Below, in pieces: positions 42,630 through 52,222 of a stretch of DNA of 64,000 bases. Positions within the stretch are counted from its first letter, which is position 1. Every line of letters starts with the position of its first letter. Under the pieces are notes generated by a model. That model saw only the letters and a list, made by a program, of their open reading frames with translations. It did no database searches and had not been told where the DNA came from. The DNA is taken from positions 1 through 64,000 of the forward strand of contig CAVPSJ010000017.1 of NCBI GenBank assembly GCA_963708295.1, in the 5' to 3' direction. This DNA comes from an uncultured delta proteobacterium. Its GTDB lineage: Bacteria; Desulfobacterota; BSN033; UBA1163. The position numbers and the translations under genes were made by a program.

Positions 42630-42944
42630 TTACTTTTTGCTTAAACTCTTGACATAATCAACGATGGTTATGATCTGGTCCTTGGTAAGCACTTTCTCGA
42701 AGCTGGGCATTTTGTCCTTGCCCTTTTCGATGATCGCGATCATCTCGGCCTTGTTCATCTGACTGGCGGGCAGGTAGAGTTTCGTAGGATCAATATTCAA
42801 CATTTTCGCCCTTCTCGTATTCGTCTTGGCATCACCCCCGTGGCAAGTTGTGCACTTAGCCTTGTAGTCAGCCTTGCCATCGGCGAGGGCGATCATGGGT
42901 GTGGCGAACACAATAAGAACGAGCGAGATCAACAATTTTTTCAT
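42630..42944 (-). CDS. Monoheme c-type cytochrome
   Basis: Signal peptide, CTTCH, GKDKMPSF. Confidence 0.9.
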   Translation of the reverse strand: MKKLLISLVLIVFATPMIALADGKADYKAKCTTCHGGDAKTNTRRAKMLNIDPTKLYLPASQMNKAEMIAIIEKGKDKMPSFEKVLTKDQIITIVDYVKSLSKK

Positions 42945-43089
42945 TGTCTCTCCTTCCTTTTTTGATCATTATAATATATCTAATACAAGAAACATGTAGA
43001 GTCAACAAAATCAGGTATGCCACCTCCTTGATCCACCCTCAATGTGTGTTTGACATGCTAAGTTAGAGTTCTGCCATTTCGTATTTCGC

Positions 43090-43155
43090 CTGGTTCAAAT
43101 TGAAATCATGTATGGATGGGTTCAGATCGAAAAACGATATTTTTTCAGAAAGTGC
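43090..43155 (+). repeat. Multi-box element, degenerate A-B
   Basis: ATTGAAATCATGTAT...TTTCAGAAAG. Confidence 0.5.
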
Positions 43156-43210
43156 TCTTGTGCGGGGAGTCTGGCAACATTTGGGGAAACGCTGTGGCTT
43201 GGGATGACCC

Positions 43211-43450
43211 GAACCGATGATTAAATTCGGCAGCGAAGCGGTTACGGATGAAGATCAAAAGGGACTTGGATTTAGCAGAGAGAATGAGGAACTTATTAGA
43301 AGCCGATCCCTAAATACCAGTATAGCAACCCTGATCCGAAAGCGCCCCCTGAATTCAAGAAGTCTTCCTAAGGTTACTTAAATAACACAAGTCCGTCCCC
43401 GTAATCCTGCCAAAAATGCATGAAGAGTGTAGGCCTGACCCCCAAGTTTT
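43211..43450 (+). repeat. ~220 bp diverged direct repeat, copy 2
   Basis: See 42381-42600. Confidence 0.8.
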
Positions 43451-43821
43451 CAGATTAGAGTCCACTGAAAGGGAGGGGAGAAGTCATTGGGTCTGCCGAA
43501 CAACAATGAGTGAAAATTTGTGGTTGCAATAAATAAAAAAAGCAGGGCCCGTTTCTGACCCCGCCTCGCTCGTTGGCAATCGATCAAAAACACTATTTTT
43601 TAACAAAAGCGGCTTAATGAAACGGAGAGAGTGGTTGCTCCGAAAGAGGACACATACTTAAGCTGAGGAAAACGAACAGGCAAAAGTTTAAGGTCTACTC
43701 ATTTCCACTTAAATTGTCCTGAACGGAACTTAATCTGAAGGAGATTGTTAATTGAACCCTCGACCTACCGATTACGAAACCTGAAAAATGATATTTATTG
43801 CATCTGGTGTATTTTACTTAC

Positions 43822-43983
43822 TTATGGCTTCTTAGGGTCTTTCTCTGTCTTGATTACTGTTTGTTCATAAGGTTCAGACATGAGCCGCTTCCAATCATCA
43901 AGTGGTCTGTCACCTTTGCCACTCTCAGGATGCCATTCCTTAATCCGTCTTGGCTTAGATTTACTGTTTGTCTTAATTGCCAT
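43822..43983 (-). CDS. Small hypothetical protein, duplicate of 3600-3761
   Basis: Near-identical translation. Confidence 0.5.
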   Translation of the reverse strand: MAIKTNSKSKPRRIKEWHPESGKGDRPLDDWKRLMSEPYEQTVIKTEKDPKKP

Positions 43984-44194
43984 TTGTCTTTGCCTCCTTT
44001 TGAGGCTTAACATACTTCGTCAGTTTGTACCAGACCCTATTAGGCCCTACCCCTTTATCTGAGACCTCAAACTCAGCGTGTATCTTTTCAATGGTCATTC
44101 CACTTCCTTTAAGCCAGCGAATGTGATGCATAAATTTGCATCAGGCCACTTCTCCCATATAAGATGCATTGCCTAGTCTTCTGTGGATTTTCTT

Positions 44195-44260
44195 CCGGTT
44201 ATTACAACTTGGAATCTTGTTTGGAATCGAGATTTCCAAAAATCAGGACTTCAGAAAGTA
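44195..44260 (+). repeat. Multi-box element, A-B half
   Basis: TATTACAACTTGGAAT 44200, CAGAAAG 44252 (52). Confidence 0.55.
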
Positions 44261-44416
44261 AGCGAGCGAGGACGATATTACCCAAATTCTGGGAAGCGGC
44301 AAGAGCTATGAATAAAAGGCTTAATTAATACGTCTTAAAAGTAAAGATGTTTGGCGGATAGAGAAAAATAGCGAGTTTAAATTCTTTGGATTAAAATAGC
44401 AGAGGAGGTAAAAAAA

Positions 44417-44755
44417 ATGAAAAGAATTGTATTAATAGGCACTTTATTGCTGGTCTTTGTCCTGACAGCCGGCACAGCTTCGGCTCGGGTCATTTTGCCT
44501 CCCGGGTGGCCTTTCCTCCCACCAATCATCACTCCCCCGGTAATTGAAGCACCTCCCCCAGCTTATTACCCCGATACTTATGGCTATTACTCATACCCCT
44601 ATGGTTATTATGGTTCTCGGAGTCCGGGTTACTGGGGTTATGGTGGACGGGGTTATTATGGTTCTCGGGGTCCGAGTTACCGGGGTCATGGGGGAAGGGG
44701 TTATTATGGTTCTCGGAGTCCAAGTTACCAAGGTCATGGGGGGTATCGCCGATAG
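44417..44755 (+). CDS. Secreted Pro/Gly/Tyr-rich protein with three 16-aa tandem repeats
   Basis: GAGGAGG RBS, signal peptide, GYYGSRxPxYxGxGG x3 (48-bp unit). Confidence 0.75.
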   Translation: MKRIVLIGTLLLVFVLTAGTASARVILPPGWPFLPPIITPPVIEAPPPAYYPDTYGYYSYPYGYYGSRSPGYWGYGGRGYYGSRGPSYRGHGGRGYYGSRSPSYQGHGGYRR

Positions 44756-44894
44756 CACTTTTTCCGATCAACTGCACTATATAATGACGGAATCGTACCA
44801 TTCTCCACCTTCATTGACTTGAATCGGGTGGGTCGGGTTTTTGGGTTTGAGCGGGTTAAAATTAGATTAGCTAGGCTCATTTTAAGGGGAGCAG

Positions 44895-45038
44895 ATGAGA
44901 GGTTTCTCAATTAACAAAAACCTATGTCTTTATTATTGGCTGAGAAAGAGAGTTAGAAAGAGGCAAACCTATAGGGTGTCCAATACTCTCGAAAAGGTTA
45001 TCCTGATTTTTGGAAGAGAATATATACAACTTTTTTGA
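44895..45038 (+). CDS. 47-aa basic small protein, paralog of 5144-5293; 3' end runs into the repeat
   Basis: MRGFSINKNLCLYYWLRKRVRKRQTYRVSNTLEKVILIFGR. Confidence 0.55.
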   Translation: MRGFSINKNLCLYYWLRKRVRKRQTYRVSNTLEKVILIFGREYIQLF

Positions 45039-45133
45039 GATTTGTCGAGCAGGTTGATAGTGAAATTTGGCGACTTCAGCTACAAACCGTGAGGATCAGT
45101 CTCCATTAAGGGTTGATGATTTCGGATTGAAAG
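45008..45133 (+). repeat. Multi-box element, B-C-A long form
   Basis: CAGCTAC 45077, GATTTCGGATTGAAAG 45118 (41). Confidence 0.8.
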
Positions 45134-45253
45134 ACAGGGTACAGCAATGTCTGAATAGTCTTCCGCAAACTTAACAAGCACCAATGGTAGAGGTTGTCTT
45201 ACCTACTCCCCCTTTTTGGTTCGCTATCGCTATGGTCTTCATTTTCTACCCCG

Positions 45254-45499
45254 TTATTGGTAAGGTGTTATCTTTCCTTCCCGAACATCTTTAAAAAACT
45301 TCTCGATGAGGTCCGTTCTCTCTTCCTCTGATTCGCAGGTTTCTACTATCTCCATTAATTCCACTAACACTTTTTCATTAACAGCCCTCATTTTTCTCCC
45401 TGTCGCTGTAAATATCTTTCTCGCAATTTCCGTCGCTTCTTTTTTCCGCTTCATTTCTCCCATCAATTCGTCTAACTTATCATCAACACTTTTTCCCAT
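45254..45499 (-). CDS. Small helical hypothetical protein
   Basis: Open frame with upstream GGAGG. Confidence 0.5.
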   Translation of the reverse strand: MGKSVDDKLDELMGEMKRKKEATEIARKIFTATGRKMRAVNEKVLVELMEIVETCESEEERTDLIEKFFKDVREGKITPYQ

Positions 45500-45607
45500 G
45501 CCTCTTGTTCCTCCATATGTAAGCCCTGGTTACTCTCTTTGCTGTATTTACTTAGTTTACACATGCTAAGATTTATAACCAAATATGAATGGAAGCGTCA
45601 ACTAAAC

Positions 45608-46218
45608 TATTGATTACCATTTGGAAGAGCGTATCGAAGGACAAAAACCACTCTTTCAGCTTACTAAATGAAATTTCATTTTCGAGATTCTTGGAGCAGG
45701 TTGATAGTAAAATTTGCTGACTTCACCTCCTACTCTTTGAGTATGTTATAAGGGTATAGGAATGGGTTTAGCTCATTCAAAAGGAAGAGGCAGGAGGACT
45801 TGAGTTTCACCTGGGTCATTGAATCCTCTTTGTAGTGTGTCCCTGCCTCCCCAAGCCATGATAGGTTGGTTGGGTCAAAGAACCCTTGTGATGATGGAGG
45901 TTTGGTGGGGAGGCATTTCCTGCCCTTCCGATCAGCAGGCTATCCAAGAGAGGCAACCGTCATGTGAGGCGTGTGATTTTCCTGATGACCCTTTGTGCGG
46001 TGAGAAGCCGTAATATCTTTAGGGAGTACTTCGTCAAGAGAAAAGAAGAAGGCCTGCCGCCCAAGAAGGCTATCCTTGCTACTGCTCACAAACTGCTGAG
46101 AGTTCTTTTTGCCAGGCTAACCCGTAAATCTTACTTTCGAACGGAGGTGGTTGAAGCATAGTTGACTACAAAGAGTGGGGATGATGCTGTTCAGAAGTTG
46201 AGGATCTCGGATGAAAGT
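45608..46218 (+). repeat. Multi-box element split by an IS110 derivative
   Basis: A 45612, B 45657, C 45724; A 46203 after the insert. Confidence 0.8.
45740..46177 (+). mobile_element. Internally deleted IS110-family element (438 bp)
   Basis: Transposase C-terminus (FREYFVKRKEEGLPPKKAILATAHKLLRVLFA); TG core at both junctions; right end has TTGACT, left end has TATAAG. Confidence 0.8.
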
Positions 46219-46234
46219 GTGTATGTTGTGAGCT

Positions 46235-47299
46235 TCAATTTTGTCTCCCTGAAGCCTTACGAAGATCATCAAGGAAGTCTCCTGGAATTTGAAAACCTAA
46301 TTCTTCCGCCCTGGTAACATCCTCCCAAGACTTGTCATATTTTCCCTTAGAATAATAGGCTTTCGCCCGATTGTAATAGAGCAACCCGAAATAAGGATCG
46401 ATCTCCAGGGCCTTGTTATAATCCGAGATCGCCAGATCATATTGACGTTCCATCGCATAAGCAGCTCCCCGATTCGTGTAAGCCAAAGTATATCTGGGGT
46501 TGATCTCTAAGGCTTCGTTATAGTTCGAGATGGCTCGACCATATTGCTGTTTCAACGAATAAACCCATCCCCGATTGTTATAGGCTTCTGCAAACCTTGG
46601 GTTGATCTTCAGGGCATTATTGTAATCAGCGATGGCCTGCTCATATTGGCCGGTGCTGCGATAGGCATTTCCGCGATTGTAGTAGGTTTCTGCATCTCCT
46701 GGGTTGATCTTCAGGGCCTCGTTATAATCCGAGATCGCCAGATCATATTGAAGTTTCTTCGCATAGGCAATCCCCCGATTCCTGTAAATCAGCGTACGTC
46801 TCGGATTGATTTTCAAGGCCTTGTTATAATCCGAGATCGCAAGGTCATATTGACCTTTATTATGATAGGCATCTCCCCGATTGTTATAGGCCTCAGCAAA
46901 TCCCGGGTTGATCTTCAGGGCATTATTGTAATCAGCGATGGACAGATCAAATTGGCCTTTGCTGTAATAGGCAATCCCCCGATTGTTATAGGCTTCAGCA
47001 AATCTCGGGTTGATCTTCAGGGCATTATTGTAATCAGCGATGGCCTGGTCAAATTGGCCTTTGCTGCGATAGGCATCTCCCCGATTGTTAAAGGCTTCAG
47101 CAAATCTCGGGTTGATCTTCAGGGCATTATTGTAATCGAGGATGGACAGATCAAATTGGCCGTTGCTGTAATAGGCAATCCCCCGATTGTTGTAGGCCTC
47201 AGCATTCCTCGAGTTGATCTCCAGGGTCGTTGTTTCAGTTTTTTCAGGGATAGTCTGACAGCCAACGATTAAAGAAACGGCCATAACTAAAATCGTCAA
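46235..47299 (-). CDS. TPR-repeat lipoprotein
   Basis: IVGC lipobox; ~9 repeats of AEAYNNRG...AIADYNxALKINP. Confidence 0.9.
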   Translation of the reverse strand: MTILVMAVSLIVGCQTIPEKTETTTLEINSRNAEAYNNRGIAYYSNGQFDLSILDYNNALKINPRFAEAFNNRGDAYRSKGQFDQAIADYNNALKINPRFAEAYNNRGIAYYSKGQFDLSIADYNNALKINPGFAEAYNNRGDAYHNKGQYDLAISDYNKALKINPRRTLIYRNRGIAYAKKLQYDLAISDYNEALKINPGDAETYYNRGNAYRSTGQYEQAIADYNNALKINPRFAEAYNNRGWVYSLKQQYGRAISNYNEALEINPRYTLAYTNRGAAYAMERQYDLAISDYNKALEIDPYFGLLYYNRAKAYYSKGKYDKSWEDVTRAEELGFQIPGDFLDDLRKASGRQN

Positions 47300-47880
47300 T
47301 AGAGCAAAAAGTTTATTTCTCGTTTCCTTCTCCTTCTACTTCCTGCAATGCGCAGATAACTCATTCCTAATTGTATCAAGGTTTGGCCCGTTTAGGCTGG
47401 AGTGGCAAAGTCGGACAACATTGCTCCTAAATTTGGTAGTGTACTTGCACCGAGATGCGGATATTCCGCATCTGGCCGTGGATCAAAACGGCCCTCCACA
47501 TTCAAATCTTGTTAATATAATAAGGACTTGGTTTGGGATGGGTTGAATATACAAAAAAATGCAGCTCCAACGTCCTTGCACTTGTATTCCAGTCTATTCT
47601 TAGAGGGCAAGTACAACAATGGGTTCAATGCCGTATTTTGAGTTAAGAATGACTGCATTTTTGGGCTACAAATTATTGTAGGGGCAAGAAGTCGGATGTT
47701 ACCGTTCTATAGATATCCGCTTGACCATGTCGAGCGTAACCGCTCAATCTCGTTTTGGTTCTCCATGGCAATTCTCCATCCCTTGCTACCTCACACCAAT
47801 TCTAGGGAGAAGGACATGGGAAAACACAATACGTTATTGATCGATTTCCCGGCCCAAAATAGTGAATAGCTTGCCACCTG

Positions 47881-48078
47881 CACTTTACCCAAACTGAAGA
47901 TATCTATTTGAAATCTGCATTGGAAGGGAAGAGGGGCGTTTCATTGATTTCAGAAAGTACTAGATGAAATTTCCTTTTCGAGATTGTCGGAGCGGGGCGA
48001 TAGTAAGATTTGGCGAGTACACCTACCTATCTTCGATGTGAGCTAAGCTTCAACCTTGATGATTACGGGGAGAAAGAT
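47881..48078 (+). repeat. Multi-box element, complete long form
   Basis: A 47899, B 47951, C 48020, A 48061 (52/69/41). Confidence 0.9.
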
Positions 48079-48147
48079 TGCATTGATAAGGTTTACACAG
48101 GTTTGCGGACTAGAGGAAGGAGTATTCAGAAAAAGGGGTTACGTTTC

Positions 48148-48558
48148 CTAAACTTTCTGATAGGATTTGACCAACCCTTCAAGCTCCATATGATTCAAAG
48201 AAGTCTTGACAAGAAAACGATCGGCCCCAAATCGGGAAGCTGCTTCCCGATATTCTGGTTTATCATAACTTGAAAGAATGAGAATGGTAATATTGGGATG
48301 AGTTGCTTTGATTTTCTTGGTGAGTTTCAGGCCATTTTCTCCGGGTAATCGAATATCCATGAAGATGAGATCTGGAAGGAATGTGTCGACTTTCTGCAAA
48401 GCCTCAATTCCACCTGCCGCCTCGTCAATGGCTGTCGTAGGAAGAGACGCTCGCAGAGTCGTCCTGAAGATTTGTCGAAAAGGATCATCATTATCCACTA
48501 TTAAGATTCTAAACTTCTTCATTGCTGCCGAGGGATTTATTTTCATAGCTTCCTCCAC
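48148..48558 (-). CDS. Stand-alone response regulator receiver
   Basis: ILIVDND, DLIFMDIRLPGENG, FLVK. Confidence 0.85.
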   Translation of the reverse strand: MEEAMKINPSAAMKKFRILIVDNDDPFRQIFRTTLRASLPTTAIDEAAGGIEALQKVDTFLPDLIFMDIRLPGENGLKLTKKIKATHPNITILILSSYDKPEYREAASRFGADRFLVKTSLNHMELEGLVKSYQKV

Positions 48559-48639
48559 CTCCCCGGAAAGATAAAATCTAGCTAAGCTTCTGGGGTTAAT
48601 AATACAGAAGATGAATCTTTTGTCAATCTCAAAATGAGG

Positions 48640-48843
48640 TTGTAATTATTAATAATTTATATAATTTACTAATTTTATTCTTATATTTATTATTTTACTA
48701 ATTTTATATATATAGTAACTAAATATAAAATAAAAATAATTAAAAATATTAAGTATAATTTTAGTGTTTTTAAAGTTATATATATAATTTAATTTTAATT
48801 TTTGTTTAATAATACAGATAATATATATGAATTATTAGTATAT
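48640..48843. other. Extremely AT-rich tract
   Basis: ~200 bp almost devoid of G/C. Confidence 0.9.
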
Positions 48844-48858
48844 GAAGGGAGGTAAAAG

Positions 48859-49128
48859 CTACGAACCGAATCTGTGAGCTGCGCGCAGGCGGGCTTTGGC
48901 GGCTTCAACCTCGCGATTCCTGGGAGAAGCGGTGGTCACGAGCGAGCCGAGCAATTTGGAGGAGGCCTTTGCGACTTCGTCGACCGCACGATGGAACGCG
49001 TCTTTGTTCGCAGCGGAAGGCTTAGCAAATCCGCTGATCTTCCGAACGAATTGCAGAGCCGCCATGCGGATCTCGTCATCCGTCGCCGGCGGTTCGAAGT
49101 TGTACAGCATCTTGATGTTTCTACACAC
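48859..49128 (-). CDS. DUF2277 family protein
   Basis: MCRNIKMLYNFEPPATDDEIRMAALQFVRKISG. Confidence 0.85.
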   Translation of the reverse strand: MCRNIKMLYNFEPPATDDEIRMAALQFVRKISGFAKPSAANKDAFHRAVDEVAKASSKLLGSLVTTASPRNREVEAAKARLRAAHRFGS

Positions 49129-49414
49129 GCTATTTGCCTCCGTAATCGGCTATCGTTGCGCAAGCCCTGGGCCTGGGCTCATCGTATGAGAAATGCCAAC
49201 TGATCTCGCGTCCGTGAATCGCCCCGAACGACGAGGTAAGTCGCCGAGCTGCAGTCTTTGGATTTCAAACAACGGCTATTCTCGGAGCGCGAAAAAGGCA
49301 GAACCTTCACTTTGAGAGTCGAGAGGACCTTCACATCTGAGAGTCCAAGATAATTGAGGATCTTTAGATGAAGTAATTCCTAATTCTCAATTCCGGCAGT
49401 CCCTGTCGCCTCTT

Positions 49415-49748
49415 TCATATTCCAATGTTCGATAAGGTATTGCAGATCGAATTGACAATCCCCACAAGCTTAGGATGGGAATTCTCGAACCTTTCCACAG
49501 AGGTAGAAAGCCCCTCCAAGGATAGTTTGAAAAGTTGCGGATTCTTCTCCTCACGTATTGCTTCGTGAATTGAGACTTCGGTAAAACCGATAATACTCTG
49601 GGCGTCCTCGGCGTCGGTCTTGGAGAGTTGGGAAACTTCGGTCTTCAAAGTGGAAAGCAGATTTAGTAATTCCTTCTTTCTTTCGTCATTTAAAGACTTG
49701 GCCTTTTTGATCCTCGCTTCAATCTGGGTAATTGTCTCCTCGACCATA
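49415..49748 (-). CDS. DUF4404-like helical protein
   Basis: SVERFENSHPKLVGIVNSICNTLSNIGI. Confidence 0.75.
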
Positions 49749-50117
49749 TTTTCATCCTTTCTTCCAGGCACTCAATAAGGGAAACTGATGAGGGTCTCTG
49801 GATCCCTTTCTGGAAGGAGCCAGGTAAGCACTTAATGACTCAGGGTGGCTTTGGATTCTAGGGCCCGCCCTCGTGCAATGATTAGAACTCGCTTTTGATT
49901 GTGTTAAATATACGAAAAAACGGAATTTTATGTCAAGCGAAAAGGACCACAAGATATGCATAGAAAGAAAGTTTTGTCAGGTTTTGAAATTACTTGACCC
50001 TTCCAAATCAAGATAGGTCAAGATAGAGTTAAATCCTCCTCTTCTACTTTTTAGATTAAAAACATTAAAATCAACCATTTTGTCAATCCCAAAAATGAGA
50101 TTGTGGAGATTATTGTT

Positions 50118-50289
50118 TGGAGGATTGTCATTTGAAATCTTGCATGTGCGGATGGTTTTTCAGAATCTCTCTTTCAGGAAGGAGTCTTCGTTTTCCCAAA
50201 TCCCGCCGATCAAAAAAACTATGTTGAAGTTTCACCTACCTATCTTCAGTGAAAGGATGATCAGGGAGTTGATGATTACGGGATGAAGC
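50118..50289 (+). repeat. Multi-box element, complete intermediate form
   Basis: A 50123, B 50175, C 50233, A 50274 (52/58/41). Confidence 0.85.
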
Positions 50290-50410
50290 AAAGTGAGTTT
50301 ATAAATCTCATTTTGTGGAAGAACGAAAAAGGGATGCAGTCCAATAGGCATGAGAGCTGCACCCCTTCCTTTCAAACTTACAAATCAATTCCCGAAAGAC
50401 TCCAATCAAA

Positions 50411-52222
50411 CTAATCTGGATTTATGGTCAGAGGAATATCGGACGCTTCTCCTCCCCAGCCCATGCCATAGGTACTTCCATCGGAAGAGTGAATAATCCA
50501 CCAGCCGCCATTGCTACTCTGGTAAATGGCGACATCCGTCTTTCCATCACCATCGTAATCCCCGGGCACAGGGGTGAATCCAGATCCGCCCCATCCCACT
50601 CCATAAGCCCCTACTTGCCCCTGTGGTCCAGTACCCGAAGAGGGAGTGATCCACCAACCACCGTTCGTGGTATTGTAGATGGCGATGTCTGTTTTTCCAT
50701 CCCCATCATAATCGCCGGGAACAGGTTTGAATGCTGATCCACCCCAGCCTATTCCATAGGCTGGAATGCCAGAAGAGGGAATGATCCACCACGCACCTCC
50801 CGTGGTATCATAGATGGCAATGTCTGTTTTTCCATCCCCATCATAATCGCCAGGAACAGGTTTGAAAGCTGATCCACCCCAACCCACTCCATAGGCCCCC
50901 ACTTGTCCTTGTGGCCCTACCCCTGAAGAGGGGATAATCCACCAGGCACCCGTTGTGGAATTGTAAATGGCAATATCGGTCTTTCCATCCCCATCATAAT
51001 CTCCAGGGACAGGTTTGAAAGCAGATCCACCCCAGCCTATTCCATAGGATGGAATACCAGAGGAGGGGATGATCCACCACGCACCGCCCGTGGTATCGTA
51101 AATTGCAATATCTGTTTTTCTATCTCCATCGTAATCTCCGGGAACGGGTTTGAATCCAGGTCCACCCCAGCCATAGCCATAGGCAGGAGAGCCTGAAGAA
51201 AGAGTGACCCACCAAACACCCGTGCTGGTACGGTAAAAGGCAATATCGGTCTTTAAATCACTGTCGAAGTCACAACTAATAGGCCTGCAACCACCAGGCG
51301 GCTTAAGATCGAAGACATACTGGAGGACCTCATGGGCCGCCTGTTCCGACCACATGACGGCGTTGGCTATCCTTTTGTCCAAAAGGACACCTTCATCGCC
51401 CTGTTCAATAATCCAATCCAAGCTAGGGAGGGGGGCTGGCCAGGCAAGTGCGGTGCTGTGCCGGTATGAAAGGAGGTCACTCTCCAAACTGATGGCGAAC
51501 GCGTCATCAGATGTGAAGCACCGACCAAAAATTCGAAAATCACTGAAACTCCAAGCCTTCGGTACGTAGTTAAAGTCGGTATTTTCCCAAACAAACTCAA
51601 GCTCCAAAGGCCAATCAACCTCCTGGTAACTGCCCCACAAAAGCGGTCCAAGGTGAGGAGGGTTGAGGAAGTCCTCTGCGAAATGCACGGCGTAGCCCGC
51701 ATGGACCATGGCTCGACTTCTGTTGTTATTGATTAAATCTTGCTTTGCCTTATCGGCCCAGTATTTTATCGGATTCCACACACTCAAATCTGCGAATTCG
51801 TGATTCATTAGGTTATCGAAGTCGTTTTCCCAGTCGTCTTTGAATGTGAAGCAAGGCTCATCGGTGCAACTATACCCAAATATGCCCAATTCGACTATGT
51901 CCCGACCTATCAATGCCTCGACCTGCAGGGCACCCTCCCACCACCAAGTGTTCTTAAGGCCAGGACCCGCCCCCCATATACCATCAGGTGTTGACGCTCC
52001 ATCCCTGAGGAGCTGCCGCTCTTCAGCAGAGAGATAGCCTGCCGGAAGCAAGTTGTTAGAATCCAACCAGAGGATCGCATTTTCCGCCATCATACCGTGT
52101 GCGCCTCCAGGGGGCACATCCGTCAAACCAAAGAGCGGCCCGGCCGACCACCCCTCTGCCCGCTGTTGAGTGCCCAATAAGCCAATCGCCACGCAAAGGA
52201 CTACCATTGAGGCGAGCCTCAC
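50411..52222 (-). CDS. Secreted protein: Zn-dependent phospholipase C/P1-like domain + FG-GAP repeats
   Basis: Mature N-terminal W, AHG, PD, GYAVHFAEDFLNPPH; repeated VPGDYDGDGKTDIAIY. Confidence 0.75.
   Translation of the reverse strand: MRLASMVVLCVAIGLLGTQQRAEGWSAGPLFGLTDVPPGGAHGMMAENAILWLDSNNLLPAGYLSAEERQLLRDGASTPDGIWGAGPGLKNTWWWEGALQVEALIGRDIVELGIFGYSCTDEPCFTFKDDWENDFDNLMNHEFADLSVWNPIKYWADKAKQDLINNNRSRAMVHAGYAVHFAEDFLNPPHLGPLLWGSYQEVDWPLELEFVWENTDFNYVPKAWSFSDFRIFGRCFTSDDAFAISLESDLLSYRHSTALAWPAPLPSLDWIIEQGDEGVLLDKRIANAVMWSEQAAHEVLQYVFDLKPPGGCRPISCDFDSDLKTDIAFYRTSTGVWWVTLSSGSPAYGYGWGGPGFKPVPGDYDGDRKTDIAIYDTTGGAWWIIPSSGIPSYGIGWGGSAFKPVPGDYDGDGKTDIAIYNSTTGAWWIIPSSGVGPQGQVGAYGVGWGGSAFKPVPGDYDGDGKTDIAIYDTTGGAWWIIPSSGIPAYGIGWGGSAFKPVPGDYDGDGKTDIAIYNTTNGGWWITPSSGTGPQGQVGAYGVGWGGSGFTPVPGDYDGDGKTDVAIYQSSNGGWWIIHSSDGSTYGMGWGGEASDIPLTINPD

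Noticed and set aside
47320-47800. Gene upstream of the TPR lipoprotein
   Set aside because: Only short interrupted frames with no recognisable motif.
2051-50289. Repeat as a CRISPR array (box A ends in ATTGAAAT/G with ~28-36 nt spacers)
   Set aside because: Three different alternating boxes, spacers reused between copies, copies separated by kilobases of genes, and no cas operon.
46235-51250. Near-identical internal repeats in the TPR and FG-GAP genes as DGR template/variable repeats
   Set aside because: In-frame protein repeats, differences not adenine-restricted, and no reverse transcriptase.
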